62,966 bases of DNA, taken from positions 1-62,966 of the forward strand of contig JAFPWV010000056.1 in the NCBI GenBank assembly GCA_017412675.1. The letters run 5' to 3'. This DNA is from Clostridia bacterium (lineage in GTDB: Bacteria > Bacillota > Clostridia > Oscillospirales > CAG-272). Below, piece after piece: positions 19,373 through 28,354 of the stretch. The translations under genes and the position numbers were made by a program. Position 1 is the first letter of the stretch. Each line of letters starts with the position of its first letter. The notes under the pieces were generated by a model. It searched no databases and had not been told where the DNA came from. It saw only the letters and a program-made list of their open reading frames with translations.

Positions 19373-20065
19373 TCACCGGCGTCTGCCGCGGTTCGCAAGG
19401 GAGAGCAGGCGCAGGAAGTTGCCGATCGCCGTCGCCAATGCCGCCACATAAGTCAGGGCCGCGGCGGTCAGGACCTTCTTCGCAGCCTTCACCGATTCCT
19501 CGGACAAGCCCGAGGCGGAAAGGCATTCGAGCGCGCGGCGGCTTGCGTTGAACTCCACCGGGAGGGTCACGAGCTGGAAGATCACCGCCAGACCGAAGAA
19601 GGCGACGCCGATATAGAGAAGCGGCTGGAAGGAGAAGAGGAGCCCGATCAGCACGATCGGGAACGCCAGATTCGAGCCGATGTTCGTCACGGGGAGGATC
19701 GACGCGCGGATCTTGATCGGGAGATACTGCGACGCATACTGAACGGCATGTCCCGCTTCATGCGCCGCAACGCCGACCGCCGCAGCCGTTCTCGCGTCGT
19801 AGGTGCTGTTCGAGAGGCGGATGACGTTCGCCTTCGGATCGTAGTGATCCGTCAGCTCGCCGTTGACGCGCTCGATGCGCACGTCGCCGATGCCGTTCGC
19901 GTTCAAAACCATCCGCGCCGCGTCGGCTCCGGTCATGCCGCGCTCGGACGGCACCTTCGAGTACTTCGAGAAGGCCGATTTCACGCGGAACTGCGCCCAG
20001 AGCGCGAAGATCAGCGGCGGGATGACGAAAACGAGATAAGAAAGATCAACGCCGTTATAATACAA
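19373..20065 (-). CDS. membrane zinc metallopeptidase (YugP-like)
   Basis: LTDHYDP, AAHEAGHAVQ, TLPVEFNASRRA, AALTYVA. TTG start with RBS GGAGG. Confidence 0.9.
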   Translation of the reverse strand: MYYNGVDLSYLVFVIPPLIFALWAQFRVKSAFSKYSKVPSERGMTGADAARMVLNANGIGDVRIERVNGELTDHYDPKANVIRLSNSTYDARTAAAVGVAAHEAGHAVQYASQYLPIKIRASILPVTNIGSNLAFPIVLIGLLFSFQPLLYIGVAFFGLAVIFQLVTLPVEFNASRRALECLSASGLSEESVKAAKKVLTAAALTYVAALATAIGNFLRLLSLANRGRRR

Positions 20066-20087
20066 GGATGAACCTCCTCTCCGGGGG

Positions 20088-21035
20088 TCAGATCCCCCAG
20101 CGGTCCCCGGGGGAGACGCGTCTTCCGCGCACGAAATCCCCGGCGGTCATGTTCTTTTTTCCTGCGGGGATGAGCCCCGTCACGAAGAGCGCGCCCTCTC
20201 CGCACCGAACGGTGATCCCGCCGGTTCCCTTGCCGTCTGCCGCGAGGATCGTCCCGGGCTCGGCGTCGGAATCGTCGTCTACGGCCCTGGCCGCCGTGAT
20301 CTTGAGCGGTGAGCCGTCCGGCAGCGTCGTCGCGGCGCAGGGGGATGGATGGAGGGCGCGGATGCGGTTGACCAGGTCCCGCGCGCTTTCCCCGAAATCG
20401 AGGACCGTGTCCTCCTTTTCGATCTTCGCGGCGTAGCTGGCTCCCTCTTCGGGCTGGGGCGTGCGCGTCACGGTGCCCGCTTCGATCCGGTCGATCACAT
20501 CGCACATCGCCTCGCCCGCCAGCTTCGCAAGCCGTTCGGTGAGGGTGCCGCAGTCGTCCGTCTCAAGGATCGGGCAGGGATATTTTTCGATAATGTCGCC
20601 CGTGTCGAGGCCGTCGTCCATATACATCGCGGTGATCCCGGTCTCGCGCTCGCCGTCGAGGATCGCCCGCTGGATCGGGGACGCGCCGCGGTACTTCGGC
20701 AAAAGCGAGCCGTGCGCGTTGACGCAGCCGTATTTCGGATAGACGAGCACCTCGTGCGGCAGGATGTTCCCGTATGCCGCGACGACGATGAGCTCGGGAT
20801 CGAGCGCGCGAAGGTCTTCGTCGAACGCGCCGCCCCGGAGGGTCTTCGGCTGATACACCGGGATGCCGTGCGCTTCGGCGTATTCCTTCACCGGGGAGGC
20901 GAGCATCTTCATGCCCCTTCCCTTCGGCTTGTCGGGCCGGGTGACGACGCCGACGATCTCGGTGCCTTCCTTTTCGTCGATCGCCCGGAGGGTGACGGCC
21001 GCGAGCTCCGGTGTTCCCATAAAGAGGATTCTCAT
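20088..21035 (-). CDS. fmt: methionyl-tRNA formyltransferase
   Basis: FMGTPE, PDKPKGRG, HGSLLPKYRGASPIQ. Confidence 0.97.
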   Translation of the reverse strand: MRILFMGTPELAAVTLRAIDEKEGTEIVGVVTRPDKPKGRGMKMLASPVKEYAEAHGIPVYQPKTLRGGAFDEDLRALDPELIVVAAYGNILPHEVLVYPKYGCVNAHGSLLPKYRGASPIQRAILDGERETGITAMYMDDGLDTGDIIEKYPCPILETDDCGTLTERLAKLAGEAMCDVIDRIEAGTVTRTPQPEEGASYAAKIEKEDTVLDFGESARDLVNRIRALHPSPCAATTLPDGSPLKITAARAVDDDSDAEPGTILAADGKGTGGITVRCGEGALFVTGLIPAGKKNMTAGDFVRGRRVSPGDRWGI

Positions 21036-21520
21036 TCGCCCTCCCCGCCCATCAGTTCTTCGACCTCTTCCGGCGAGAGGATGTGGACCACATTGTCCGT
21101 GAAGAGGTGTCCGTCGAGGTGGTCGATCTCATGGCAGAGGCAGCGGGCGTTGAGCCCCTCTCCCTCGACCTCGAATTCCTCGCCATCGCGGTTCATGGCC
21201 TTCACCTTGACCCATGCCGGGCGCTTCGTGATGCCCCAGACGTCCGGGACGGAGAGGCAGCCCTCGACTTCCTCCTGCTCGCCCTCGCTTTCGACGATCT
21301 CCGGGTTGATGAGCTCGACGATCTCCTCGCCGAGGTCCACGAGCGCGATACGGCGCAGGATCCCGACCTGAGGCGCGGCAAGTCCGGCCCCGTTCGCCTC
21401 AATCAGCGTCTCCTTCATGTCGTCGAGGAGCGTGAGGATGCGCGGGGTGACTTCCGTGACGGGCCGGCATTTCTTGCGGAGCAGCGGGTCGCCTTCTTTC
21501 ACAATATTCAGTATGGCCAT
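21032..21520 (-). CDS. def: peptide deformylase
   Basis: GAGLAAPQVG, EGCLSVP, HEIDHLDG. Confidence 0.97.
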   Translation of the reverse strand: MAILNIVKEGDPLLRKKCRPVTEVTPRILTLLDDMKETLIEANGAGLAAPQVGILRRIALVDLGEEIVELINPEIVESEGEQEEVEGCLSVPDVWGITKRPAWVKVKAMNRDGEEFEVEGEGLNARCLCHEIDHLDGHLFTDNVVHILSPEEVEELMGGEGE

Positions 21521-21547
21521 GTCGATACCTCTTTATCAATCAAATCG

Positions 21548-24157
21548 TTATACGGTGCTCGGGTTGAGATCGACCGAGACGGTGACGCGCCGGGCGGACC
21601 GGGTCTGCACCATGCCGCCGGTGAAGCGGGAGGGACCCGCCTTGCCGAATTCCGTCAGAAGCTCCGCGAGGAACGCCCGCGTGCGCTTCGTCAGCCTGCA
21701 CTTGAGCACGAGCCGCATCCGGCAGGTGTTCTGGACCCGGTAGATCGGCGCCTCGAAGGGCCCGTAAAGCATCAGCGGGATGTCGCGGAAATCGAGCCGG
21801 GTCAGCTCGATCACGCGCTCGTACATCCGCGTCGTGACCAGCCCGAGATACCCCTCGTCCTCGCCGGACAGCGTGATGACCGCGATGTCGCAGAAGGGCG
21901 GGAAGGTGAGCGATCTGCGCAGCTTGATCTCGCCCTCGTAGAATTTCCCGTAATTTTGTTCCGCCGCGAGCCGGATGACCTCGCTGTCCGGATCGTACGT
22001 CTGGATGACGGCGGTCCCCGGGACATCCGCGCGGCCGGCCCGTCCGATCACCTGCGTCAGCATGGCGAAGGTCCGCTCCGACGCCCGGTAGTCGTCCACC
22101 GTGAGCGATCCGTCCGCGTTCAGCACGCCGACCGTCGCAACCCGCGGGAAATCGTGGCCCTTCGTCACCATCTGCGTGCCGAGCAGCACGTCCGCCTCAC
22201 CGCGCCGGAACTTCGCGAGGATCTCCTCGTGCGCGAATTTCGACTGGGTGGTGTCGTAGTCCATTCTCAGGACTCTCAGATCCGGGAATATCGCGGCGAC
22301 GTCGTCCTCGGCCTTCTGCGTCCCGGCGCCCATGAACAAAAAGTGTTCGCCGCCGCAGAACGGGCATTTTTCCGGGACCTTTTCGCGGTGTCCGCAGAGG
22401 TGGCAGACGAGCAACCCGTTTTCTCTCCGGTTCTCCTCATAGGCCTCGTCGGTCTTGTCGATCCGGGAGAGGCGGGAGCGGAGCGCGTGATAGGTCAGGG
22501 TCACCGAGCAGTTCGGGCATTTGATGCTCTTGCCGCAGGACCGGCAGGCGACGGAGTTGTTGTAGCCGCGGCGGTTGAGAAAGAGGATCGCCTGATGCCC
22601 CGCCGCCTTGTCCTCGCGCAGCTTTTCCGCGAGCCGCGCGCCGACGGGGGAGAGATTTCCCCGCGCCGTTTCCCCGCGCATGTCGACGATCTCGACCTTC
22701 GGCAGGGCGGCGCCGTTGTACCGCTCCTTCAGCTCCACGAGGCGGTAGACGCCCGTCTTTGCCTTGTAATAGCTCACGACGGACGGCGTCGCCGAGGAGA
22801 GCAGCATCACCGCATTGTGTTCCCGGCACCGCCAGCGGGCGATGTCGTGGGCGTGGTACTTCGGATCGGCATCCGATTTGTAGGTGTATTCCTGCTCCTC
22901 GTCGATCACGATCAGACCGATCTGACGGAGCGGTGCGAAGACTGCGGACCGGGTCCCGATCACGACGTCGGCGAGCCCTTCGCGGATGCGCCGCCACGCG
23001 TCGAAGCGCTCTCCCGCGGAGAGGCCCGAGTGGATCACCGCGATCCGGTCGCCGTACCGCCGGAGAAAGATGCCCACGGTCTGCGGCGTCAGGGCGATCT
23101 CCGGCACGAGCATGATCGCACCGCGTCCGTCCTCGAGGACCTTGTCGATCGCCGCGAGGATGACGTTGGTCTTGCCCGATCCCGTCACGCCGTGAAGCAG
23201 CGCCGCCGCAGGCTTGCCGCCCGTGAGGAGCTCTTCGATCTGACGGTACGCGCCTGTCTGTTCCTCCGTGAGGACGGGCTTCGGCGCGCGCTCCGTCGTC
23301 TCCGCTTCGGCGAGGATTGATTCGACGGTGAAGGGATTGCGGTAATCGGTCTCCTCCGCCGCGACGAGCAGTCCCTTTTCGGTGAGAGCTTTCGCCGCGT
23401 TGTGTCCCGCCGCCTGCGTGAGTCCGGCCGCTTCAAAGAGCGCGCTCTCTTCCCGGCTGCCGCCTTCCTCGACGGCATGGCGCAGCGCTTCGAGCAGCTT
23501 CAGCTGGTTCCGTCCGGTGACCCCGGCGAACGCGGCGTCCCAGCCCCCTTCCAGCGCGGAGGAGAGCGAGTAGGTGCGCCGGATGAGCCCCGCGCTCGAG
23601 CGCTTCACCTCGGTGACCTTTTCGATGAGGCCGAGGCCGAGCATGGCTGTCAGGGTCTTCGTGCAGTCGAAATCGACTTCGGCCTGGACGGCCTGGCGGG
23701 TGAACCGCTGACGGTGCTCGATGAGCGACCAGACCAGCCGTCCCCGTTCGCCGACCGCGGCCTTCAGGGCCTGCATGGCGTTCTTCGTGTTCTCGCCGGC
23801 CGGTGCGACCCGGTAATAGGTCACGATCTTCGACATGGCGTTCGGCGGGATGACCGTCCGCAGCGCGTCGCCGAAGGTCGAGAGGGTGTATTCCTTGAGG
23901 AACAGACACAGCCCGAGCAGCTCCCCGTCGAGCACGGGACCGTCTCCCACGACTGCCGCGACGGGTTTGGCGCCCTCGGGCGTCTCGCCGTCCCGGACCG
24001 CGGTCACGATTCCGGTCATGCGGCGGTTCCCTCTGCCGAACGGGACCTCCGCGACGGAGCCGGGCACCACGCTGTCTTCCAGCGTCGGGGGAACGTAGTA
24101 GGTGTATGCCCGGTCGGCGTGAAACGGCACGTCGAGGACGTAGATTTCGGCAATCAT
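21548..24157 (-). CDS. priA: primosomal protein N' helicase
   Basis: GVTGSGKT, VPEIALTPQ, DEEQE, LNRRG, two Zn-finger clusters, GRAGR. Confidence 0.97.
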   Translation of the reverse strand: MIAEIYVLDVPFHADRAYTYYVPPTLEDSVVPGSVAEVPFGRGNRRMTGIVTAVRDGETPEGAKPVAAVVGDGPVLDGELLGLCLFLKEYTLSTFGDALRTVIPPNAMSKIVTYYRVAPAGENTKNAMQALKAAVGERGRLVWSLIEHRQRFTRQAVQAEVDFDCTKTLTAMLGLGLIEKVTEVKRSSAGLIRRTYSLSSALEGGWDAAFAGVTGRNQLKLLEALRHAVEEGGSREESALFEAAGLTQAAGHNAAKALTEKGLLVAAEETDYRNPFTVESILAEAETTERAPKPVLTEEQTGAYRQIEELLTGGKPAAALLHGVTGSGKTNVILAAIDKVLEDGRGAIMLVPEIALTPQTVGIFLRRYGDRIAVIHSGLSAGERFDAWRRIREGLADVVIGTRSAVFAPLRQIGLIVIDEEQEYTYKSDADPKYHAHDIARWRCREHNAVMLLSSATPSVVSYYKAKTGVYRLVELKERYNGAALPKVEIVDMRGETARGNLSPVGARLAEKLREDKAAGHQAILFLNRRGYNNSVACRSCGKSIKCPNCSVTLTYHALRSRLSRIDKTDEAYEENRRENGLLVCHLCGHREKVPEKCPFCGGEHFLFMGAGTQKAEDDVAAIFPDLRVLRMDYDTTQSKFAHEEILAKFRRGEADVLLGTQMVTKGHDFPRVATVGVLNADGSLTVDDYRASERTFAMLTQVIGRAGRADVPGTAVIQTYDPDSEVIRLAAEQNYGKFYEGEIKLRRSLTFPPFCDIAVITLSGEDEGYLGLVTTRMYERVIELTRLDFRDIPLMLYGPFEAPIYRVQNTCRMRLVLKCRLTKRTRAFLAELLTEFGKAGPSRFTGGMVQTRSARRVTVSVDLNPSTV

Positions 24158-24205
24158 GGCAGTGCGTGTCCTTTCCGCCGGAGGGCTGTGATAAAATCGG
24201 AGGGA

Positions 24206-24640
24206 TTATTCGGCGTCCGCCGCTTCGGGGGCGATCTTCTTCCCGGGGGTGTTCGCGTCGAGGGCAAAATTGTCGATGGACTCTTCGCGCTCTTCCTCAT
24301 CCGGGAATTCGCCGGGCTCCGCGAGGTTGTCGGGCTGCTGACGGGAGATGAACTTCTCCTCGCCGTCCGGTTCGATAATCTTGAAATCGCCGTTGTAGAG
24401 ACCGGTGATGGCGGTCTTCACGGCCTTTTCGTCGCGGTATTCCTTCTTGATCATGCTCGCGATGGAGCTCTTCTTCTCGGAATCCTTGCTCGACGCCGCG
24501 ATCTTCTCGGCGACCTCTCTCTGCTTCGTATATTCGTCCGTGATGATCCGGGCGCATTTGGCAGACGCCACCACCAGCGCGTAGCGGTTGTAGCTCGTGG
24601 TCTCGCTGTTCTTCAGTATCGATTCGTTGTTGTTTTCCAT
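24206..24640 (-). CDS. rpoZ: RNA polymerase omega subunit with acidic C-terminal extension
   Basis: NRYALVVASAKCAR...KAVKTAI; located between gmk and priA. Confidence 0.8.
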   Translation of the reverse strand: MENNNESILKNSETTSYNRYALVVASAKCARIITDEYTKQREVAEKIAASSKDSEKKSSIASMIKKEYRDEKAVKTAITGLYNGDFKIIEPDGEEKFISRQQPDNLAEPGEFPDEEEREESIDNFALDANTPGKKIAPEAADAE

Positions 24641-24669
24641 GGCAGTTTCCTTTCTCTTCCCGATCCCGT

Positions 24670-25320
24670 TCAGATCTCGTCGTCGTCGAAATAATCGTGA
24701 ATATAGGTCATCATGCGGTCGGAGCGCATGTGCTCGGCGCGGATGATGGAGAGGATGTCGCGGGCGCATTCCTCGGCGCGGTCGGTTTCGTTCACCGCCA
24801 CGTAATCGTACTTCGGCGCCTCCTTGATCTCCTCCCGCGCGCGCTTCACCCGGGCGGCGATCACGTCGTCATCCTCGGTCCCGCGGCCGCGCAGGCGTCT
24901 CTCCTGTTCTTCGGCGGAAGGCGCGATGAGCATGACGGTCGTGGCGCGGTCTCCCATGAGCCGCTTGATCTGCCCCGCGCCGTCGACCTCGATCTCGAGG
25001 ATGAGGTCTTCGCCCGCGTCGAGGATCCGCTCGGCCTCGCTCTTCAGGGTGCCGTAGTAGTTCCCGTTGTAGATCGTGTATTCGAGCACGCCGCCCTCCG
25101 CGATGAGCTCTTCAAACTGTTCGCGGGTCTTGTAGTAGTAGTTGACCCCTTCGGCCTCGCCTTCGCGCATGGCCCGGGTCGTCGCGGACACCGACAGCCC
25201 CAGATTCGGGCAGAGTCCCCGCAGAATGTCGATCACCGTGCCCTTGCCGCTGCCGGACGGGCCGGAAATCACGAGCACCATGCCCGCCGTTCTCTCCATT
25301 GCGTCCCGATGTTCACTCAT
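24670..25320 (-). CDS. gmk: guanylate kinase
   Basis: SGPSGSGKGT, SATTR, NYYGT, RLRGRGTE. Confidence 0.96.
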   Translation of the reverse strand: MSEHRDAMERTAGMVLVISGPSGSGKGTVIDILRGLCPNLGLSVSATTRAMREGEAEGVNYYYKTREQFEELIAEGGVLEYTIYNGNYYGTLKSEAERILDAGEDLILEIEVDGAGQIKRLMGDRATTVMLIAPSAEEQERRLRGRGTEDDDVIAARVKRAREEIKEAPKYDYVAVNETDRAEECARDILSIIRAEHMRSDRMMTYIHDYFDDDEI

Positions 25321-25585
25321 CGCCGCCGTCTCCTTCCGTTTCTTCATCGGACGCGCCGTTCAGCCGTCCGGATATGGTTTCGTTCTGGATCGCCGAGAGC
25401 ACGATGTGGTCCGAGTCCATGATGACGACGCTGCGGGTCTTTCTCCCCGAGGTGCAGTCGATGGCGCGGCCCGTGTCCTTCGCGTCCTGGATCAGTCTCT
25501 TCGCCGGGGCGGAATCCGACGCGATCACCGCGATCACCCGCTCGGCGTTGATGATGTTGTTGAAGCCTACGTTTACGAATTTCAT
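25313..25585 (-). CDS. remA: DUF370/RemA family regulator
   Basis: NVGFNNI, SAPAKRL, IDCTSGRKTRSV, HIVLSAIQ. Confidence 0.92.
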   Translation of the reverse strand: MKFVNVGFNNIINAERVIAVIASDSAPAKRLIQDAKDTGRAIDCTSGRKTRSVVIMDSDHIVLSAIQNETISGRLNGASDEETEGDGGDE

Positions 25586-25588
25586 CGC

Positions 25589-26482
25589 TCACTCCAGATT
25601 CTGAATCTGCTCGCGGATCTTCTCGATCTCCGTCTTCATGTCGACGACGAGATGCGCGATCCCGGCGTCGCCGGCCTTCGAGCCGATGGTGTTGGTCTCG
25701 CGGTTGATCTCCTGCACGAGGAAGTCGAGCTTGCGGCCCGCCGCCTCGTCGGAGGAGATGATCTCGCGGAATGCCTTGAAGTGGGACGCCAGCCGGACGA
25801 GCTCTTCGTCGATCGCCGCCTTGTCCGCGAAGATCGCCGCTTCGGTCAGGATGCGCTGCTCGGACGCCTCGGCGTCGAAATCCGCGAGGAACTGCCGGAT
25901 GCGCGCTTCGAGCTTGGCCGGATAGCCTGCGATATCCGCCGCGGACATCTCCTTGACCTTCGCCGCCATGCCTTCGAGCGTGTCGATTTTGGAAAGCAGG
26001 TCGGCGCAGAGGTTCTCGCCCTCCTTCGCCCGCATCGCGCTGAACCCGGCGACCGCCTCAGCGAGAACGGTGCGGATCTCGGCCCAGTCGCGCTCGTCGT
26101 CCTCCTCGGGCTTCTTCGTCGTGAAGAGATCCCGGTTCGCCGCGACGCGCATCACGGAAATGTCGTCCTTGAGGCCGAAGGTGTCGCGCAGGTCCTCGAG
26201 CGCCTTGATGTAGGAGCGGGCCGCCTCGTGGTCGACGAGGATCTCGAGCCCCCGCGTTTCGAGGACGTCCGCGCCGACGTAGACCTCCACCTTGCCGCGC
26301 GTGATCCCGGCTTCGGCGAGGTACGCCTTGACCTTGTCCTCGAGGTGCGCGATCTGCCGTGACATTCGCACGCTCACGTCGAGGTAGCGGGAATTGACGG
26401 AGCGCAGCTCCGCCGTGATGTCGAGCGCGCCGTCCGAGGATATCCCCCGCGCACGCCCGAATGCCGTCATACTTTTGAGCAT
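25589..26482 (-). CDS. yicC: YicC/YloC family endoribonuclease
   Basis: KSMTAFGR, SVNSRYLD, GRKLDFLVQEINRETNTIGSK, REQIQNLE. Confidence 0.95.
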   Translation of the reverse strand: MLKSMTAFGRARGISSDGALDITAELRSVNSRYLDVSVRMSRQIAHLEDKVKAYLAEAGITRGKVEVYVGADVLETRGLEILVDHEAARSYIKALEDLRDTFGLKDDISVMRVAANRDLFTTKKPEEDDERDWAEIRTVLAEAVAGFSAMRAKEGENLCADLLSKIDTLEGMAAKVKEMSAADIAGYPAKLEARIRQFLADFDAEASEQRILTEAAIFADKAAIDEELVRLASHFKAFREIISSDEAAGRKLDFLVQEINRETNTIGSKAGDAGIAHLVVDMKTEIEKIREQIQNLE

Positions 26483-26514
26483 ATCGTCTTTCTCCGTTGT
26501 GGTGAATTGCCGTG

Positions 26515-27684
26515 TTATTTCTTCGTTTTCTGCAGCCCGACCGCGAGGACGCCGTCCCCGTCCGTCGATGTGGCGGAGGATGCGAGCTCCTCGTAGGGCA
26601 AGAAGAGCGAGACGGCGGGGTTCTCTTCCCCGTCCTTCTCCGCCGCGATCCGGACCGCCGCCGCATAACCGAAGCGCATGAAGTCCTCCTCGGTCGTCAC
26701 ATGCTTCCCGTCGAGTCCGAGATCGAAGCCCGCAAGCACCGCCGGGATGCTGCCCATATGGCCGAGGAATCCCTCGACGACGCGGAGCCTGGTGCCGGAG
26801 GAGGTGTCCGGGGGAAGCGATGCAGCCGCGTAAACGATCTTATCCCCCGTCGAACGGCTTCTCAGGACCGTGTAGACCAGCGAGCCGCGTTCGGCGGGCG
26901 TGAGGTTCGGGTAGTTCAGAAGGCCGATCGCGCTGCCGGAGGAATAGGTGTAGGCCGACGTCCGGTAGAGGATGCGGATGCGCTTCACCCCGTCGTTCCG
27001 ATCGACGCCGACGGCAAAACCGTCCGGTGCGTCCGCAGCGTCGTCTTCCGCGTACGGCGAGCGCAGGATCAGGATCTCCGTGCCGTTGTGCGCCCCGATG
27101 AGCGCGTCCGCGCGGCGCATGAGCGCGTCTCCGGTCTCCTCCGCATCGCAGGTGAGGACCCACCATGTGCGGCCCGTCCCCTCGAGGACGTCGCCGTAGA
27201 CGAAGCGGTCCGTGTCGGAGAAGGAGAGCGGCTTGCGCCCGATGATGTTTTCGATGAAGGCGTCCGCCGCGGCCTTCGTGCCTTCGAGGTCGTGCCCCGC
27301 GATGACGATCTTCGTCCCGACGAGCGCGTAGCCCCATTGCCACGGCGCGAGCGAATCGAGGAATTCGGCGGTCTCGGGCCGGTTGGTGTCGCCGACGAGG
27401 ATCTCCGTGTCGAGGATCTCGAAGCTCTTGACGCCCTCTTTCCAGAAGTCGGTCGTGAGCCTGAGCTTGTATCCGGCAGCCTCCGCCGCCTCGCGCACGC
27501 TCATGGCGCACCGGGTGAGCGCGTCATCCGCGAAATCGCTGCGGATGATCGTATAGCCGGACAGCATGTCTTCCGTCAGGGTGACCGAAGGCGTCGGATG
27601 GGCGGATCCGGGTGAACAGGCACAGAAGCCGAGGGCAGTCAGCGCCGCCGCCAGAACAAACGCAGTCCATTTTCGCAATGTCAT
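26515..27684 (-). CDS. secreted or lipoprotein hypothetical with a degenerate EEP-like C-terminal half
   Basis: Signal peptide with Cys (LGFCAC), N-terminal module EILVGDTNRPET, C-terminal ILYRT/PAVLAGFD pattern. Confidence 0.6.
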   Translation of the reverse strand: MTLRKWTAFVLAAALTALGFCACSPGSAHPTPSVTLTEDMLSGYTIIRSDFADDALTRCAMSVREAAEAAGYKLRLTTDFWKEGVKSFEILDTEILVGDTNRPETAEFLDSLAPWQWGYALVGTKIVIAGHDLEGTKAAADAFIENIIGRKPLSFSDTDRFVYGDVLEGTGRTWWVLTCDAEETGDALMRRADALIGAHNGTEILILRSPYAEDDAADAPDGFAVGVDRNDGVKRIRILYRTSAYTYSSGSAIGLLNYPNLTPAERGSLVYTVLRSRSTGDKIVYAAASLPPDTSSGTRLRVVEGFLGHMGSIPAVLAGFDLGLDGKHVTTEEDFMRFGYAAAVRIAAEKDGEENPAVSLFLPYEELASSATSTDGDGVLAVGLQKTKK

Positions 27685-27744
27685 TTCACGCCTCCTCGGG
27701 CCGTCTCCGGGATCCGGTATGCCTGCGCCTTTTGTATCTATATT

Positions 27745-27774
27745 ATTATACTATATGAAAAGCGCCGTTGTCAA
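27745..27774 (-). promoter_or_regulatory. sigma-A promoter heading the lipoprotein-yicC-gmk cluster; its -35 lies in the upstream terminator hairpin
   Basis: TTGACA-18-TATAAT; the hairpin GCGCCGTT/AACGGCGC-TTTT overlaps it. Confidence 0.7.
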
Positions 27775-27804
27775 CGAAACGGCGCACTTTTTATGAGATT
27801 GCCC

Positions 27805-28329
27805 TTACTTCCGGCGTCCGAAGCCCAGTTTTTTGCGCAGTTTGACGATGTAGAGAGAGATGCACAGGGTCATCGTGATGTCGTAGAGGATGAAGAAGAG
27901 CGTCCCCATGCCGACGGTGATCCAGTTCAGCGCAAAATAGTCGTCCCCGGCCATGAAAACGTGTTCGGCGAGCACCACGCACACGAGGAGCATCGTGTCG
28001 AGGAAGGAGATCTTCACGGGCCAGGCGAAAAGGGGCCGGAGCCGCTCGAAATGCAGCTTCATGATCGGGTAGACGGCGGCGAAGAGGATGTATTCGATCG
28101 CGTAGAGCTTCGAGGGCAGCAAGAGGAGCGCGAGCACGCCCGTCGCCGCCGCGTAGATCCACGCCGTCTTTTCCCCGGTCTCGACCACGAGAAGCATGGT
28201 CATGAGGGAGCAGACCACGAGGATCGAAAGATCGAGAAGCGTCATCCCGCCGATCCAGAGGAAGACGAGGCAGAGCGCGGCGAATACGCCGCAGAGCGCG
28301 ATTTTCCGCGTCAGGGATTTGTCGGACAT
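27805..28329 (-). CDS. integral membrane hypothetical protein (about 5 TM)
   Basis: RBS GGAGG, hydrophobic helices, basic C-terminus. Confidence 0.8.
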   Translation of the reverse strand: MSDKSLTRKIALCGVFAALCLVFLWIGGMTLLDLSILVVCSLMTMLLVVETGEKTAWIYAAATGVLALLLLPSKLYAIEYILFAAVYPIMKLHFERLRPLFAWPVKISFLDTMLLVCVVLAEHVFMAGDDYFALNWITVGMGTLFFILYDITMTLCISLYIVKLRKKLGFGRRK

Positions 28330-28354
28330 GATGCCTCCATGTAGGATGTTCGGT

